From Promethearchaeota archaeon (lineage in GTDB: Archaea; Asgardarchaeota; Lokiarchaeia; Sigyniarchaeales; SOKP01): a DNA stretch of 64,000 nucleotides. The notes below the pieces were generated by a model. That model did not search any database. It was not told the DNA's origin and worked only from the letters and a program-made list of their open reading frames with translations. Position 1 is the stretch's first letter. Each line of letters starts with the position of its first letter. Where the stretch lies: contig JAGXNO010000006.1 of assembly GCA_019894975.1 (NCBI GenBank), forward strand, positions 39,051 to 103,050, in the 5' to 3' direction. Positions 9,428 to 20,120 of this stretch are shown piece by piece. The position numbers and the translations under genes were made by a program.

Positions 9428-10396
9428 TTAAACTTTCTCTTTATTTATTAACCATGAATAAGTTCTTTGTAATCCTTCGTCAATATTAACTTGAGGGGAA
9501 AATCCTAGTAGTTTCTTTGCTTTATCTATATTTGAATGAGTAATATCAACATCTCCTTTCTGTTTTTCAGTATATACAACTTTTTTAGGTTTGTTCGTGA
9601 CGTTATACATTTTGTTAATTAGTTCATTTACGTTTATTGGTTTTGAATATCCTAGATTAAACGCTTCACCCGATGAATTATTCTTCTCCGCAGATAGAAT
9701 TAAACCTTGTATTATATCAGAAACGTAAGTAAAATCTCTAAGTTGTTCTCCATCTCCATAAATAACTAACTCTTTATTATGACGGATTAAGTTAAAGAAT
9801 TTAGCTATCGCCATATCGGGACGACCACGTGGACCATAAACTGTATAAAATCTTAAGCTCGTGATAGGTAAATCATATTCTCTAAAATAATAATCAGCAT
9901 ATATTTCACTAGAGAGTTTCGATATAGCATAAGGAGATATTGGTGTTTTAGGATGTTCTTCATCTACAGGAGTATAAATGGGATTGCCATATACGGAAGA
10001 AGAGGAAGCATTTACAACTTTTTTAACATTTTTCGTCACTGCATAATCTAAAATTTTTACGATACCTAAAATATTGTTTCTCATTACTTCTATTTTATTT
10101 TGAACTGAAAATCTTACTCCTGCATGAGCAGCTAGGTGAAAAATAATATCTATCTCAGGTTCAATTTTCTCGTAGGTTGAATTGTCTAATAAATCACTAT
10201 TAATTATTTGAAAATCTTTAAAATCTACATTACTCATTCTAACTTCTTCAATATACTCTTCTTTCCCTTTATAATAGCGTTCATTAAAGTTATCAATAAT
10301 AACTACGTAATTTCTATTTACTAATAACTTCTCAAAAAGGTGCGAACCAATAAATCCAGCACCCCCTGTAATCAAAATGTTTTTATTTTTTATCAT
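9428..10396 (-). CDS. NAD-dependent NDP-sugar epimerase (UDP-glucuronate 4-epimerase-like)
   Basis: TGGAGFIG, HLAAHAGVRFS, SSSSVYG, YAISK, RFYTVYGPRGRPDMA. Confidence 0.88.
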   Translation of the reverse strand: MIKNKNILITGGAGFIGSHLFEKLLVNRNYVVIIDNFNERYYKGKEEYIEEVRMSNVDFKDFQIINSDLLDNSTYEKIEPEIDIIFHLAAHAGVRFSVQNKIEVMRNNILGIVKILDYAVTKNVKKVVNASSSSVYGNPIYTPVDEEHPKTPISPYAISKLSSEIYADYYFREYDLPITSLRFYTVYGPRGRPDMAIAKFFNLIRHNKELVIYGDGEQLRDFTYVSDIIQGLILSAEKNNSSGEAFNLGYSKPINVNELINKMYNVTNKPKKVVYTEKQKGDVDITHSNIDKAKKLLGFSPQVNIDEGLQRTYSWLINKEKV

Positions 10397-10499
10397 GAAA
10401 TTTGAAGTTTATAGGTAATTTAGAGGACATAAGGAAGAAAACAATATTTATGTTATTGAAAATCCAAAAATAATATTTTTTTGTAAAAATACAGAGAAA

Positions 10500-11666
10500 T
10501 TAGTCTTCTCCAAGATTATATATCCTTTCAAAATTTCGAATATTATTTTCCCATAAATAATGATTTTTTATCATTTTCAATCCATTTTCTTTAAATTTAC
10601 TACTTAGATCATGATTATCTAAAAGGCGTTTTATACACTTTGCATAACAATTAAAATTTTCCACTTCACACATAAGTCCATTATTCATATGGCTCACCAA
10701 ATCTTTTGTGCCCGCAATATTGCTTGTTACTATAGGTACTTGGTAAATCATTGCTTCCATTAAGACTCCCGCTAAACCTTCTCCACGGCTTGGGAAAAAA
10801 AGAATGTCTGCTTCATTGTAAAAGTTATGTACATCAAGTCTAGAACCTGTAAATACGAATTTATCGTTTAAATTTAAATCTTTAACCAATTGAATTGCTC
10901 TATTTCTTTCAGGACCATCTCCAACTAAAATAAATCTCACGTTTTCATTCTTAATTAGATTCGCTGTCTTAATAATTAAATCAATACCTTTTCGATTGTT
11001 ATGAAGACCAACAAATAGAATAATTTTTTCATTCTCCTTTATACCAAACATATTTCTGATATTTCTATCAGAAGGTTTAATGTCTAAATCAATGCCTGGA
11101 GGTGTGATTCTTATCTTCTTTTGGGGCACTCCCGCTTTTTTTGAATATTTTAAAAATGACTTTCCATAGATAGATATATAGTTAGAAGCGAAAAAAGCAG
11201 TTTTACCTATTGTCTTAAAAAAGATTTTAAAAAAAATGTCCAAAATTGATGATGCTTTAAAAGAATAACCTGGGAAAGTATCCATTGTAAGAATTAATAT
11301 TTTTTTCTTAAAGAAAAGGAGTTTTAATAAGCAAGTAATAAATGTGTTGGGATAGAAGGGTACCCAAACGTGGATTATATCATTTTCCTTTAAAATTTTC
11401 CAACAATTCTTTATAAATCCTAAGTTTGCGGGGATAGGCCATATAAATCCTGACTTTTTGGTCCATATGGGGTAAGTTATTAAATTAATTCCCTCGAAAT
11501 CATCATAATGCCTTGTTTTTTCTCTTTTTCCTATGAATTTCTGTCTGGGTGTTAATATTGATATTTTGTAATCCTTCTCTTTCAATGAGTTCATTATGAA
11601 GGAAATTGGTCTTCTGATGTTAATTCCTGGGTTCACATAACAGATTTTTTTACACTTTTTACTCAT
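10500..11666 (-). CDS. Glycosyltransferase family 4
   Basis: NRKG, VGDGPE, PSRGEGLAGVLMEAM. Confidence 0.92.
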   Translation of the reverse strand: MSKKCKKICYVNPGINIRRPISFIMNSLKEKDYKISILTPRQKFIGKREKTRHYDDFEGINLITYPIWTKKSGFIWPIPANLGFIKNCWKILKENDIIHVWVPFYPNTFITCLLKLLFFKKKILILTMDTFPGYSFKASSILDIFFKIFFKTIGKTAFFASNYISIYGKSFLKYSKKAGVPQKKIRITPPGIDLDIKPSDRNIRNMFGIKENEKIILFVGLHNNRKGIDLIIKTANLIKNENVRFILVGDGPERNRAIQLVKDLNLNDKFVFTGSRLDVHNFYNEADILFFPSRGEGLAGVLMEAMIYQVPIVTSNIAGTKDLVSHMNNGLMCEVENFNCYAKCIKRLLDNHDLSSKFKENGLKMIKNHYLWENNIRNFERIYNLGED

Positions 11667-11828
11667 AAATAAGAAAAAGAATAAAACTCTTTTTAAATTA
11701 TCCTTTCAGTATTGAAGGGATTATGAAAGAATAGTGCAAAGAGATAAATAATTATTATTTTATATAACGGAATATTTTAACACATATCATAATTTATAAA
11801 AAATATTGTCTTAAAGTAATATTTTAAG

Positions 11829-12689
11829 TTGTTTTTAAAAAATTATAGTGTTTATAAGTTGAAACTAACATCAACCTCTCAGAATTCAAATCTATCGAAT
11901 AAAAGTATAAAGAATAAAGAGGTTAATTATAAATTCCCGGGATTAAATCTTGGAGTTGTGATTCCAGCGTATAATGAAGAATTAAACATTGGAAGAACGC
12001 TTGATCAAATCCCAAAAAATATTTCAGATAATTTATGTGTTATAGTAGTTGATGATGGCTCAAAAGATAAGACTTACGAAATTGCAAGTAAATATGATAT
12101 CACAATCCTTAAACATCCCAAAAATCGAGGTAACGGCGCTGCTACAAAAACGGGATTAGAATTTTGTAGAGAAAAGAATTTTGAATTGGTAATTATCCTA
12201 GATGCTGATGGACAACATCCACCAAAATATATTGATGATTTTATAACATCAATCATGGAAGATAGTGTTGAATTTGTTATAGGGAATCGATTTAAACAAT
12301 ATTATAATATGGATGTCAATCGAAAATTATGCTCAAAATTGATGACTGCATTCTATTTCTTATTTCTGCATAAAAAAATAGCAGATCCTACAAATGGTTA
12401 TCGGGCTTTATCTTCCAAATTAATACAAAATATAGAATTTGAATCAGAGTATTCCTTGACACAGGAAATGCTTTTTAAAATTTTACCCTATTATAAATAC
12501 AAAGAGATTCCTATTAAGCTTAATCCGAGAGATAACGGAGAATCTTTTATCAAAATCAAGAATTATCTTACAAAGATAGTATTACTCTTTATTAAATTCT
12601 ATGTTTTTCCAAAAATAAAGAGAATAACTCATAAAATTTTAAGCGAAGAGTTTAGAAATAGAGTTAAAACGTATTATCTAAAAACGTAA
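11829..12689 (+). CDS. Glycosyltransferase family 2 (DPM1/polyprenol-phosphate glycosyltransferase-like); start uncertain
   Basis: VIPAYNEE, VDDGSKD, NRGNGAA, DADGQHPP, DPTNGYRA. Confidence 0.9.
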   Translation: MFLKNYSVYKLKLTSTSQNSNLSNKSIKNKEVNYKFPGLNLGVVIPAYNEELNIGRTLDQIPKNISDNLCVIVVDDGSKDKTYEIASKYDITILKHPKNRGNGAATKTGLEFCREKNFELVIILDADGQHPPKYIDDFITSIMEDSVEFVIGNRFKQYYNMDVNRKLCSKLMTAFYFLFLHKKIADPTNGYRALSSKLIQNIEFESEYSLTQEMLFKILPYYKYKEIPIKLNPRDNGESFIKIKNYLTKIVLLFIKFYVFPKIKRITHKILSEEFRNRVKTYYLKT

Positions 12690-12824
12690 TTCAAACTTAT
12701 ATGAATCTTTAATTTTATCTTTTTAAAAATCATTAGCTATTTATTCTCGACCTATTGTAAATATTTTTAAGAAGGAAATCTATGTTTCTTATATAGAATT
12801 TAACACAGAAATTGTGAGAATAAG

Positions 12825-14465
12825 TTGGATAAAGAAAGAATCCTAAAAGAAGCCCAAAGAATAGCAAAAGAATTCTCTTTTTGGATGGTTTCTGGTAATA
12901 TCGCTCATTTATATGGTCATGTTTATGAGACTCCAGAAAAAAATTTTGAATTAGAACTAAAATTTGATGAAACTTTTCCAAATAAACCTCCTCAATTGAT
13001 CTTTCACAAGGAAATTAAAGAATTGCTAGGAGAGATTCATTTAGAGAAATATAATCAATGGAACCCAGAGTTCAAAGTAGTCGATATTATCAAGGAACTA
13101 AAATTAAAAATTCAGGAAGCAGCAAATCTTTCAAAGACAGAAATAAAAGAAGAATTAAGTCCATTAGAAACAGCTGAAGAAAACTATGATGCTTCAGATT
13201 CTGAGGAATTTCTTGCTCCTGATCTAAATGAATACCCGGAAGAATTCCAACCAGAAGACTATATAACACCCTCAGATTTTAATAACGATTTAATTGATAG
13301 CGACCAAACATCGACAACTTTCTCAGAAGATAATAAGATCGAATCATATCAAGAACCAATTTTTGATGATACGGAACAACTAAGTTTAGAATTGACTACA
13401 GAATTAGGAATAATTCAACAAGAATATGCTTATGACCAAAAAGGGTCATCTGCTGCTGATATTAATGTTTATATTACAATTACGCTCTCAAAAACTTTTA
13501 TTATCTCTTTAAATTTTACAAATTTTCCAGAAAAACCCTTAATATCCCTGCCAGACGAAGTTAAAAATATTTTGATAGATCCAGAAAAAACATTAGATAC
13601 TTTGAAAAATTGGAATTCTAAAAATCCAGTACATATTATTGATATTATCCGTGAATTGGAAAGGAAGCTCTATTTTATCAAGGAAATAGAATCTCAATAT
13701 AAACACATTTCTGGTGAATATCAGTGTGAAAAAATTCCCGATAGTTTAACATCTGTTAAGGTCCATTTACTCACTTACGGTTTCAAGGAATATCTGGTAG
13801 TATTAGATCTAGAGCCCTATCCCAAACCCCCTATTATTGAATTACCATCTGAACTCCAGCACATTATTAATGTTCCCATCTCTGAGCTAAAATCATTCCA
13901 TAGCTGGATTGAAAACGAGACAGATGCAGTGGAAATTATTAGAGAGATCTCTTGGCTAGTAGATAAAAATTCTAGAATTAATTTTGAGATTGATTTATTG
14001 AAAGACCATTATAAAAACATTAAGTATGACCCCATTACCGCAATTCTTCTTGTTGAAATGAAGGGAAAAATGAAAACAGAAGATCTCACATTTGAATTTC
14101 AAATTAATTTACCTCCTGATTATCCTATGAAAGTACCTGATATAAAAGTGGTAAATGAATTTGAATTAGAAGCCCATGAGAAAATAAAAAATGATTTACA
14201 TGCTTCTTTTGATGACTTCTTTAAGGAATGGACACCCTTTAGTTATCTTGTTGATTTATTTAATTTAGTTTCTAAGAAAATATTCGAAGTATCCGTAGTA
14301 TCGTGTGTTATTTGCCACAAAATTGAATGTCCAAGTTGTACTAAAAAGATAGCGGGAGATGATAGTTGCCATACAGAATGCCCACATTGTAATAGAGCAT
14401 ATCATCGCCACTGTTGGGAACAAACTATACAATCATTTGGCAAATGTGGTTTTTGTCTTAGATAA
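12825..14465 (+). CDS. Multi-UEV/RWD (E2-like fold) protein with C-terminal C4HC3 RING-like zinc finger; putative E3 ubiquitin ligase
   Basis: Four repeats with (F/Y)PxxP turns (FPNKPP, FPEKP, YPKPP, YPMKVP), each followed by W...(V/I)(D/E)(I/L); C-terminal CVIC..CPSC..CPHCNRAYHRHCW..GKCGFC. Confidence 0.72.
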   Translation: MDKERILKEAQRIAKEFSFWMVSGNIAHLYGHVYETPEKNFELELKFDETFPNKPPQLIFHKEIKELLGEIHLEKYNQWNPEFKVVDIIKELKLKIQEAANLSKTEIKEELSPLETAEENYDASDSEEFLAPDLNEYPEEFQPEDYITPSDFNNDLIDSDQTSTTFSEDNKIESYQEPIFDDTEQLSLELTTELGIIQQEYAYDQKGSSAADINVYITITLSKTFIISLNFTNFPEKPLISLPDEVKNILIDPEKTLDTLKNWNSKNPVHIIDIIRELERKLYFIKEIESQYKHISGEYQCEKIPDSLTSVKVHLLTYGFKEYLVVLDLEPYPKPPIIELPSELQHIINVPISELKSFHSWIENETDAVEIIREISWLVDKNSRINFEIDLLKDHYKNIKYDPITAILLVEMKGKMKTEDLTFEFQINLPPDYPMKVPDIKVVNEFELEAHEKIKNDLHASFDDFFKEWTPFSYLVDLFNLVSKKIFEVSVVSCVICHKIECPSCTKKIAGDDSCHTECPHCNRAYHRHCWEQTIQSFGKCGFCLR

Positions 14466-14622
14466 AAGCCTCAACCAATAACTACAAAATGAATTACAAG
14501 TCCATAATTCATTCTATTTTATTACTTCTTAAATTTACAGATCTTTACCTTTAAGATTATATTCTTTACATTAAATTTTTTAGTTTAACCATCTTATAAT
14601 AAACATTCATATTCATAACAAG

Positions 14623-17600
14623 ATGATATACTTGGAATTATTAGAAAAAAAGCTAGATCTACTAAAATTAGAAGAAAAAATATTGAATTTTTGGAATGAA
14701 AAGGAGATCTATGCAAAAATTAGGGAAAACGAACAGGGAAAAGAAACTTGGAGATTTATAGATGGACCCCCATACACCACAGGATCTATTCATTTAGGAA
14801 CAGCTTGGAACAAGATTCTCAAGGATTATCTTATAAAATATAAAAGAATGAGAGGGTATAAGGTTACAGATACTCCTGGTTATGATACTCATGGATTACC
14901 AATAGAAGTACAAATGGAAAAACAGTTGGGAATAGATAACAAACAGCAAATTATTGAGTATGGTGTAGATAAATTCATTACGAATTGCAAAGAATATGCT
15001 CAGAAGAATTTAAAAATAATGAATGATCAATTCAAAAGGTTAGGATGTCTTTTCTGGGATTGGGAAAACCCCTATATCACCTTTAAGAATAGTTATATTG
15101 AAGGAATTTGGTGGACTTTGAAAAAAGCGTGGGAAAATAAATTGCTTATCCAATTTTATAAACCTCTGAATTGCTGCCCCCGATGTGCAACGGCTCTTGC
15201 CAAGCATGAACATGAATATAAAAATGTTATTGACACTAGTCTTTTCCTTAAAATTAAATCAACTGAAATGGACGATACTTATTTTATCATCTGGACAACA
15301 ACTCCATGGACATTAGTCGCTAATGAGGCAATAATGGCAAATCCTATTGCTGAATATGCAAAAGTGAAAATTGAAGATTTAGATGAATATTGGATTTTAT
15401 CTAAAGCATCATTAGTACATTTAATTTCAGGAGAATTGGGTTACAAATACAAAATCGTAGAGAATTTTATTGGTGAAGATTTGGAAGGGATGAGGTATGT
15501 CCATCCTTTAATAGAAGAGGTCCCATTTCAGAAGGAATTAGAAAAACAGAGTGATAAAGTCCATACAATTATTTTATCTGAAGAGTATGTTTCAGCTTCT
15601 GAAGGTGTTGGATTAGTTCACTCAGCCCCAGGACATGGTCCCGAAGATTTTGAAGTAGGAGTAGCTAATAATATCCCGGTCTTCAATCCCGTAGATATAA
15701 GAGGTAGATATACAAAGGATGCCGGGATTTATGAGGGAAAATTTGTGTTTGATGCTAATGAAGAAATATTAGACTTATTGAAAAAAAAAGAGACTCTCAT
15801 ATTTACAAGTGAAATTGAACATGAGTATGCTCATTGTTGGAGATGTGATTCAAAATTAGTGTATAGAGCTACCAACCAATGGTTTTTTAAAACAGAAAGC
15901 ATTGTATCAGATTTATTAGAAAAAAACAGTGAAATCTACTGGGTTCCAGATTGGGCAGGAAATAGATGGTTTAAAAGTTGGTTAAGCAGTTTAAAGGATT
16001 GGTGTATCTCTAGACAGCGATTTTGGGGTGTACCTCTGAGTGTATGGATTTGTGATGATGAAAATTGCGGCGATATTACTGTAATTGGCTCCTCTAAAGA
16101 GTTAAAGGAATTATCTGGAGAGATTCCTGAAGATCTGCATCGACCTTGGATTGATCAGGTCACTTGGAAATGTAAAAAGTGCGACAAGGGTACAAAAAGG
16201 AGGATTCCAGATATTCTAGATGTGTGGTTAGACTCTGGTTCTGTAATGTGGGCTGCCCAAGAAGTTTATGATGGAAAAAGTCATTATGATACGTGGATTC
16301 CTGCTGATTTCATCCTTGAGGGAAAAGATCAAATTAGAGGTTGGTTTAACACATTACTATGCAGTGCAATGGTATCATCTGGGCGTAAAAATTATAACGC
16401 GTGCTATATGCATGGATGGACGTTAAGAAACAAACAAAAAATGAGTAAATCCAAAGGAACTCAGATCCTTCCTGAAAATCTAATTGATGGCTCATTAGAA
16501 GAGTTGGCAAAAAATAAGTCTTACTCTAAAATAAAGGGAATTGAGACCTTTCGTCTTTATTCTATAGGCGTAACCCAACCTGGTCGTGATTTTAACTTCA
16601 GTACAAAGGAATATGCTGATACATATAAGGTAATCAATACAATATGGAATGTATTTGTATACGCAGGTGAAAAATTGAGTCTAGCAGAATATGATCGCTC
16701 TAAGAATAAGGTTGATGAGAATTCTCTGAATCTATTAGATAAATGGGTCATTTCAAGGTTACATTCTACGATTAAAAGAGTCACTGAATTATCAGATGAG
16801 TATAAGCTCCCCTGGATCACAGGTGAACTAAGAGAATTCATTATTAACGATATTAGTAGATGGTATATCATGCTAAATCGAGAAAAGTTAGATATTTATT
16901 CTGAGAGTCCCGATAAATTCATGGTTATGACTGTGTTATTTGACCTTTTATTGAAAGTTATACTCCTTTTAGCTCCAATCAATCCAATGTTAACTGAGGA
17001 AATTTACCTTAAAATGTTCAAACCTTATATGACTTCAATTGGACTAAAGGAAACTGAGAGTATTCATTTACAGAATTGGCCCATTTTTCAAGAAGATAAG
17101 ATTAATTTAGACTTAGAAGACCAAATGTTATTTACTAGAGATTTAATCGAATTAATACGTGCTCTAAAAGAAGATAATAAAATCAGACTCAGGTGGCCGA
17201 ATAAAAAGATAATAATCGAACCAAAAGAGGGGATGCCTGAATTAACTTTTCCTGAGATTATTAAACAAATTGGAAATGTGAAAGAATTAGAAATAAAGGA
17301 TTCTGTAAAGAGTAATAAAAATCTTGTGCAAGCTGAATCAAAATATTGCACTATATATTTGGACATTAGCCTCGATGAAACTCTTTTAGCTGAACGTGTA
17401 GTAAATGATTTGGTGAGAAACCTTCAATTCTCTCGTAAAAAGAACAATTTCAAAGTCGGAGAAAAGATTGAATTATCTATTGGTACAAATATAGAATATT
17501 TAAATGAATATATTAAGAAAAATAGAGATACTATTTCAGATAAAGTCACTGTTCAGAAACTTGATATTATTGAAGGAGAATTACCAAAAGATGAAAAAAA

Positions 17601-17769
17601 GGTTTTTGGGGAATTAAACTTATGCCCCAATAGTAATTGTTCTGCTTCATTGAAAGAAAACATCATCACTAAACTCGAAAAAGATAATGATATTAATTGT
17701 CCCTATTGTGGTATGAAGTTAAAAATGGATAACATCAGACCAATAACCTTTAGTTTTCTCAAAGTATAG
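14623..17769 (+). CDS. ileS: Isoleucyl-tRNA synthetase (archaeal/eukaryotic type)
   Basis: DGPPY, HLGT (HIGH), WTTTPWTL, DWCISRQRFWG, EGKDQIRGWF, KMSKS. Confidence 0.97.
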   Translation: MIYLELLEKKLDLLKLEEKILNFWNEKEIYAKIRENEQGKETWRFIDGPPYTTGSIHLGTAWNKILKDYLIKYKRMRGYKVTDTPGYDTHGLPIEVQMEKQLGIDNKQQIIEYGVDKFITNCKEYAQKNLKIMNDQFKRLGCLFWDWENPYITFKNSYIEGIWWTLKKAWENKLLIQFYKPLNCCPRCATALAKHEHEYKNVIDTSLFLKIKSTEMDDTYFIIWTTTPWTLVANEAIMANPIAEYAKVKIEDLDEYWILSKASLVHLISGELGYKYKIVENFIGEDLEGMRYVHPLIEEVPFQKELEKQSDKVHTIILSEEYVSASEGVGLVHSAPGHGPEDFEVGVANNIPVFNPVDIRGRYTKDAGIYEGKFVFDANEEILDLLKKKETLIFTSEIEHEYAHCWRCDSKLVYRATNQWFFKTESIVSDLLEKNSEIYWVPDWAGNRWFKSWLSSLKDWCISRQRFWGVPLSVWICDDENCGDITVIGSSKELKELSGEIPEDLHRPWIDQVTWKCKKCDKGTKRRIPDILDVWLDSGSVMWAAQEVYDGKSHYDTWIPADFILEGKDQIRGWFNTLLCSAMVSSGRKNYNACYMHGWTLRNKQKMSKSKGTQILPENLIDGSLEELAKNKSYSKIKGIETFRLYSIGVTQPGRDFNFSTKEYADTYKVINTIWNVFVYAGEKLSLAEYDRSKNKVDENSLNLLDKWVISRLHSTIKRVTELSDEYKLPWITGELREFIINDISRWYIMLNREKLDIYSESPDKFMVMTVLFDLLLKVILLLAPINPMLTEEIYLKMFKPYMTSIGLKETESIHLQNWPIFQEDKINLDLEDQMLFTRDLIELIRALKEDNKIRLRWPNKKIIIEPKEGMPELTFPEIIKQIGNVKELEIKDSVKSNKNLVQAESKYCTIYLDISLDETLLAERVVNDLVRNLQFSRKKNNFKVGEKIELSIGTNIEYLNEYIKKNRDTISDKVTVQKLDIIEGELPKDEKKVFGELNLCPNSNCSASLKENIITKLEKDNDINCPYCGMKLKMDNIRPITFSFLKV

Positions 17770-18021
17770 GATTGATTATTTGTATTTTTTTTTATTCAAT
17801 TTTAACGAGTTGAAATCTAAGAGATTCTCTCTAATATACAACTTATTTCGATATTTTTGACAAAGTTATCAATTTGAATGAAATTCAAATTAGAGGTGTT
17901 TTAGAGTTTGCAATTGTGAATTTTTTGAACTGAATATCTTGTAGAATTAAAACTACGAACGTAAAATACTCACTCAATCATATGTGAAAACATTTAAATA
18001 AATAAATGTTAAATATATATT

Positions 18022-20097
18022 ATGTCTAGTAAATCTAAATTAATAACTGCAATTGTATTACTAGCCGTTGGTGCTGGTTTAATACCAACTGGTCTTGTAA
18101 CAAACGATTACCTACGAGATCAAGTCTACGATGGAGTCCCTGAAGCTATGCTTAAGATTAAAGCTGATGCGGTTCCGGGTTTAGAAGATAAGATCCCGGT
18201 TTTAGGACTACCTGATATACTTAAGGGTGTTTTTGACCTAGCCTCTGCTGGGGTGGAACCGCTATTAAAAGTAAAAGCAACTCCTGACTCGTTATTGGGT
18301 TTAAAAGCTGAGATAGAAGGACAATTATTGGGTATAATTAACTTCGCAACATTAGCGCAAGGTATGGCCTTTGCTTTTAACACATTGAATGTATCCGTAG
18401 GACCAGCAGCCGCTTTAGACACATTCTTTAATAATGCTACGTATGCAGATCCTTACATATCTTTACCTAGTATTGCTATGATTGTGACAAATTTGAGTTA
18501 TTCACTTGCTGCGGCACAAGCATTATTATTTGATGGTATCTACGATGGGTCTTTTGTTAATCCATGGGGTTTACCTAGCAATACTGTTATGGGAATACTT
18601 GAGGAAATGGAATTCGGTACTGGAGCAAGCAACTTTTATACATTTATGGGAAATGCTTGGTATTGGAAATATGTAATAGGACCCTATTCTTACCCAATGG
18701 ATTCAGCGATGTATTTATACAACGCTACAGAAGCACAATTACTATCAATAACCGCTGGAGGTTATATGGATTGGGCATTTGCAAATTGGGTTCCCGGCGC
18801 GTTTGCAGCAACTTTTGGGATAACTGTTGCGGAAGCTCTTTCTACAGGTTTTTATCGACAATGGGCAAATGCTACATTTTTCGATGATGGAATCGATATT
18901 GGAGCATTTCTTGGTATTTCTGAGCTTAAGGGATTTGAAGTCGGGCTTCCTGATCCTACAAATATATCTATTGCAACTTGTATAGATCTATGGAATGTCT
19001 CACACCCATTATCATTTACAAATGAAAATGGATTGATGGACTGGTTAGATGCGGGTCTTGGGGATACTGACTTACAAACGACATTAATGACAACATTTAG
19101 CCTTACACCAACTCAACTGACAATGATAATTACGTGGTTAAGCAATTTCATTGACAATGTCACCCCTGCGTTAGTATTAGACGCAACCGGACAGACAGTA
19201 AGCCAACTTGCTACCTTAGCATTCTATGAACAATGGGCGAATGGTACCATATTTGGCGAAGTTGTTCTCCCTGATGGCTTTCTAGGTGAAATTGATGCTT
19301 CCTTCGGCGGAGCAGCTTACTTTGAAATAGGATTACCTTCACCAAGTGGTTTATCATTAGCTGAATGTATAAACTTATGGGATGTATTTAATGACAAAAC
19401 ATTCTTTTATGGTCCCAGTTTCACGAGTGTATGGTTACCTGCTTTGATGGGTGGTCCAACAACCGCTATTGAAACATACTTTTTGGTTAGTGCGGGTGAG
19501 GCAGCTGACCTTGTAACTTGGTTACGAGCTTTCGCAGATATGACAGGTGATCCTGCCACTAGTAAAGCAGCCATGGTGCTCGCTTATGACTATGGTCAAA
19601 CAATAACACAAATTGCTACAGCAGCGTTCTATGAACAATGGTCCAATGGAACCATTAATGGTGACGATGCTCTTCCAGATGGTTTTCTAGCTGAAAGAGT
19701 ACCGCCTATTTATGGGCCACCTTACTTTGAGATTGGTCTAAGCTTTTCAGCAACTCTAACACTTACTCAATGTGCAGCACTTTGGAATGTAAATAGTGAA
19801 TATTCCTTAGTAACTGTAAGTGGCATTCATAAATGGTACAAAGCAGCAGAAGGAAACACGATGTATACAACACTGGCAACACAAAATGGTGGCTTAAATT
19901 TTGTTCAAATGGGTGCAATTTTAGAGTGGCTACCCGTATTCAGAGATGTAATCGTGAATATTCTAGCTGAGGACGATAAGAATTTACCTATGGAACCATA
20001 TGATTTAGGTCAGACTTTAGCAATCAGTTTAGGTGCTGGGGGCGGAGCTTTAGCTGCTTTAGGCGTAGTACTACTTATACTTTCTAGGAGATCATAA
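18022..20097 (+). CDS. Large extracellular repeat protein with N- and C-terminal membrane anchors (putative surface glycoprotein)
   Basis: Hydrophobic N-terminal helix and C-terminal GAGGGALAALGVVLLILSRRS; three internal repeats; about 10 N-x-S/T sequons. Confidence 0.75.
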   Translation: MSSKSKLITAIVLLAVGAGLIPTGLVTNDYLRDQVYDGVPEAMLKIKADAVPGLEDKIPVLGLPDILKGVFDLASAGVEPLLKVKATPDSLLGLKAEIEGQLLGIINFATLAQGMAFAFNTLNVSVGPAAALDTFFNNATYADPYISLPSIAMIVTNLSYSLAAAQALLFDGIYDGSFVNPWGLPSNTVMGILEEMEFGTGASNFYTFMGNAWYWKYVIGPYSYPMDSAMYLYNATEAQLLSITAGGYMDWAFANWVPGAFAATFGITVAEALSTGFYRQWANATFFDDGIDIGAFLGISELKGFEVGLPDPTNISIATCIDLWNVSHPLSFTNENGLMDWLDAGLGDTDLQTTLMTTFSLTPTQLTMIITWLSNFIDNVTPALVLDATGQTVSQLATLAFYEQWANGTIFGEVVLPDGFLGEIDASFGGAAYFEIGLPSPSGLSLAECINLWDVFNDKTFFYGPSFTSVWLPALMGGPTTAIETYFLVSAGEAADLVTWLRAFADMTGDPATSKAAMVLAYDYGQTITQIATAAFYEQWSNGTINGDDALPDGFLAERVPPIYGPPYFEIGLSFSATLTLTQCAALWNVNSEYSLVTVSGIHKWYKAAEGNTMYTTLATQNGGLNFVQMGAILEWLPVFRDVIVNILAEDDKNLPMEPYDLGQTLAISLGAGGGALAALGVVLLILSRRS
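18844..19850 (+). repeat. Three intragenic ~125-135 aa repeats (FY.QW.N.T...DG...FE(V/I)GL...C..LW...W)
   Basis: FYRQWANAT (~18850), FYEQWANGT (~19222), FYEQWSNGT (~19627), each followed by FEVGL/FEIGL and CIDLW/CINLW/CAALW. Confidence 0.85.
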
Positions 20098-20120
20098 AAA
20101 ACCAAATAATTTCAAAAAGA

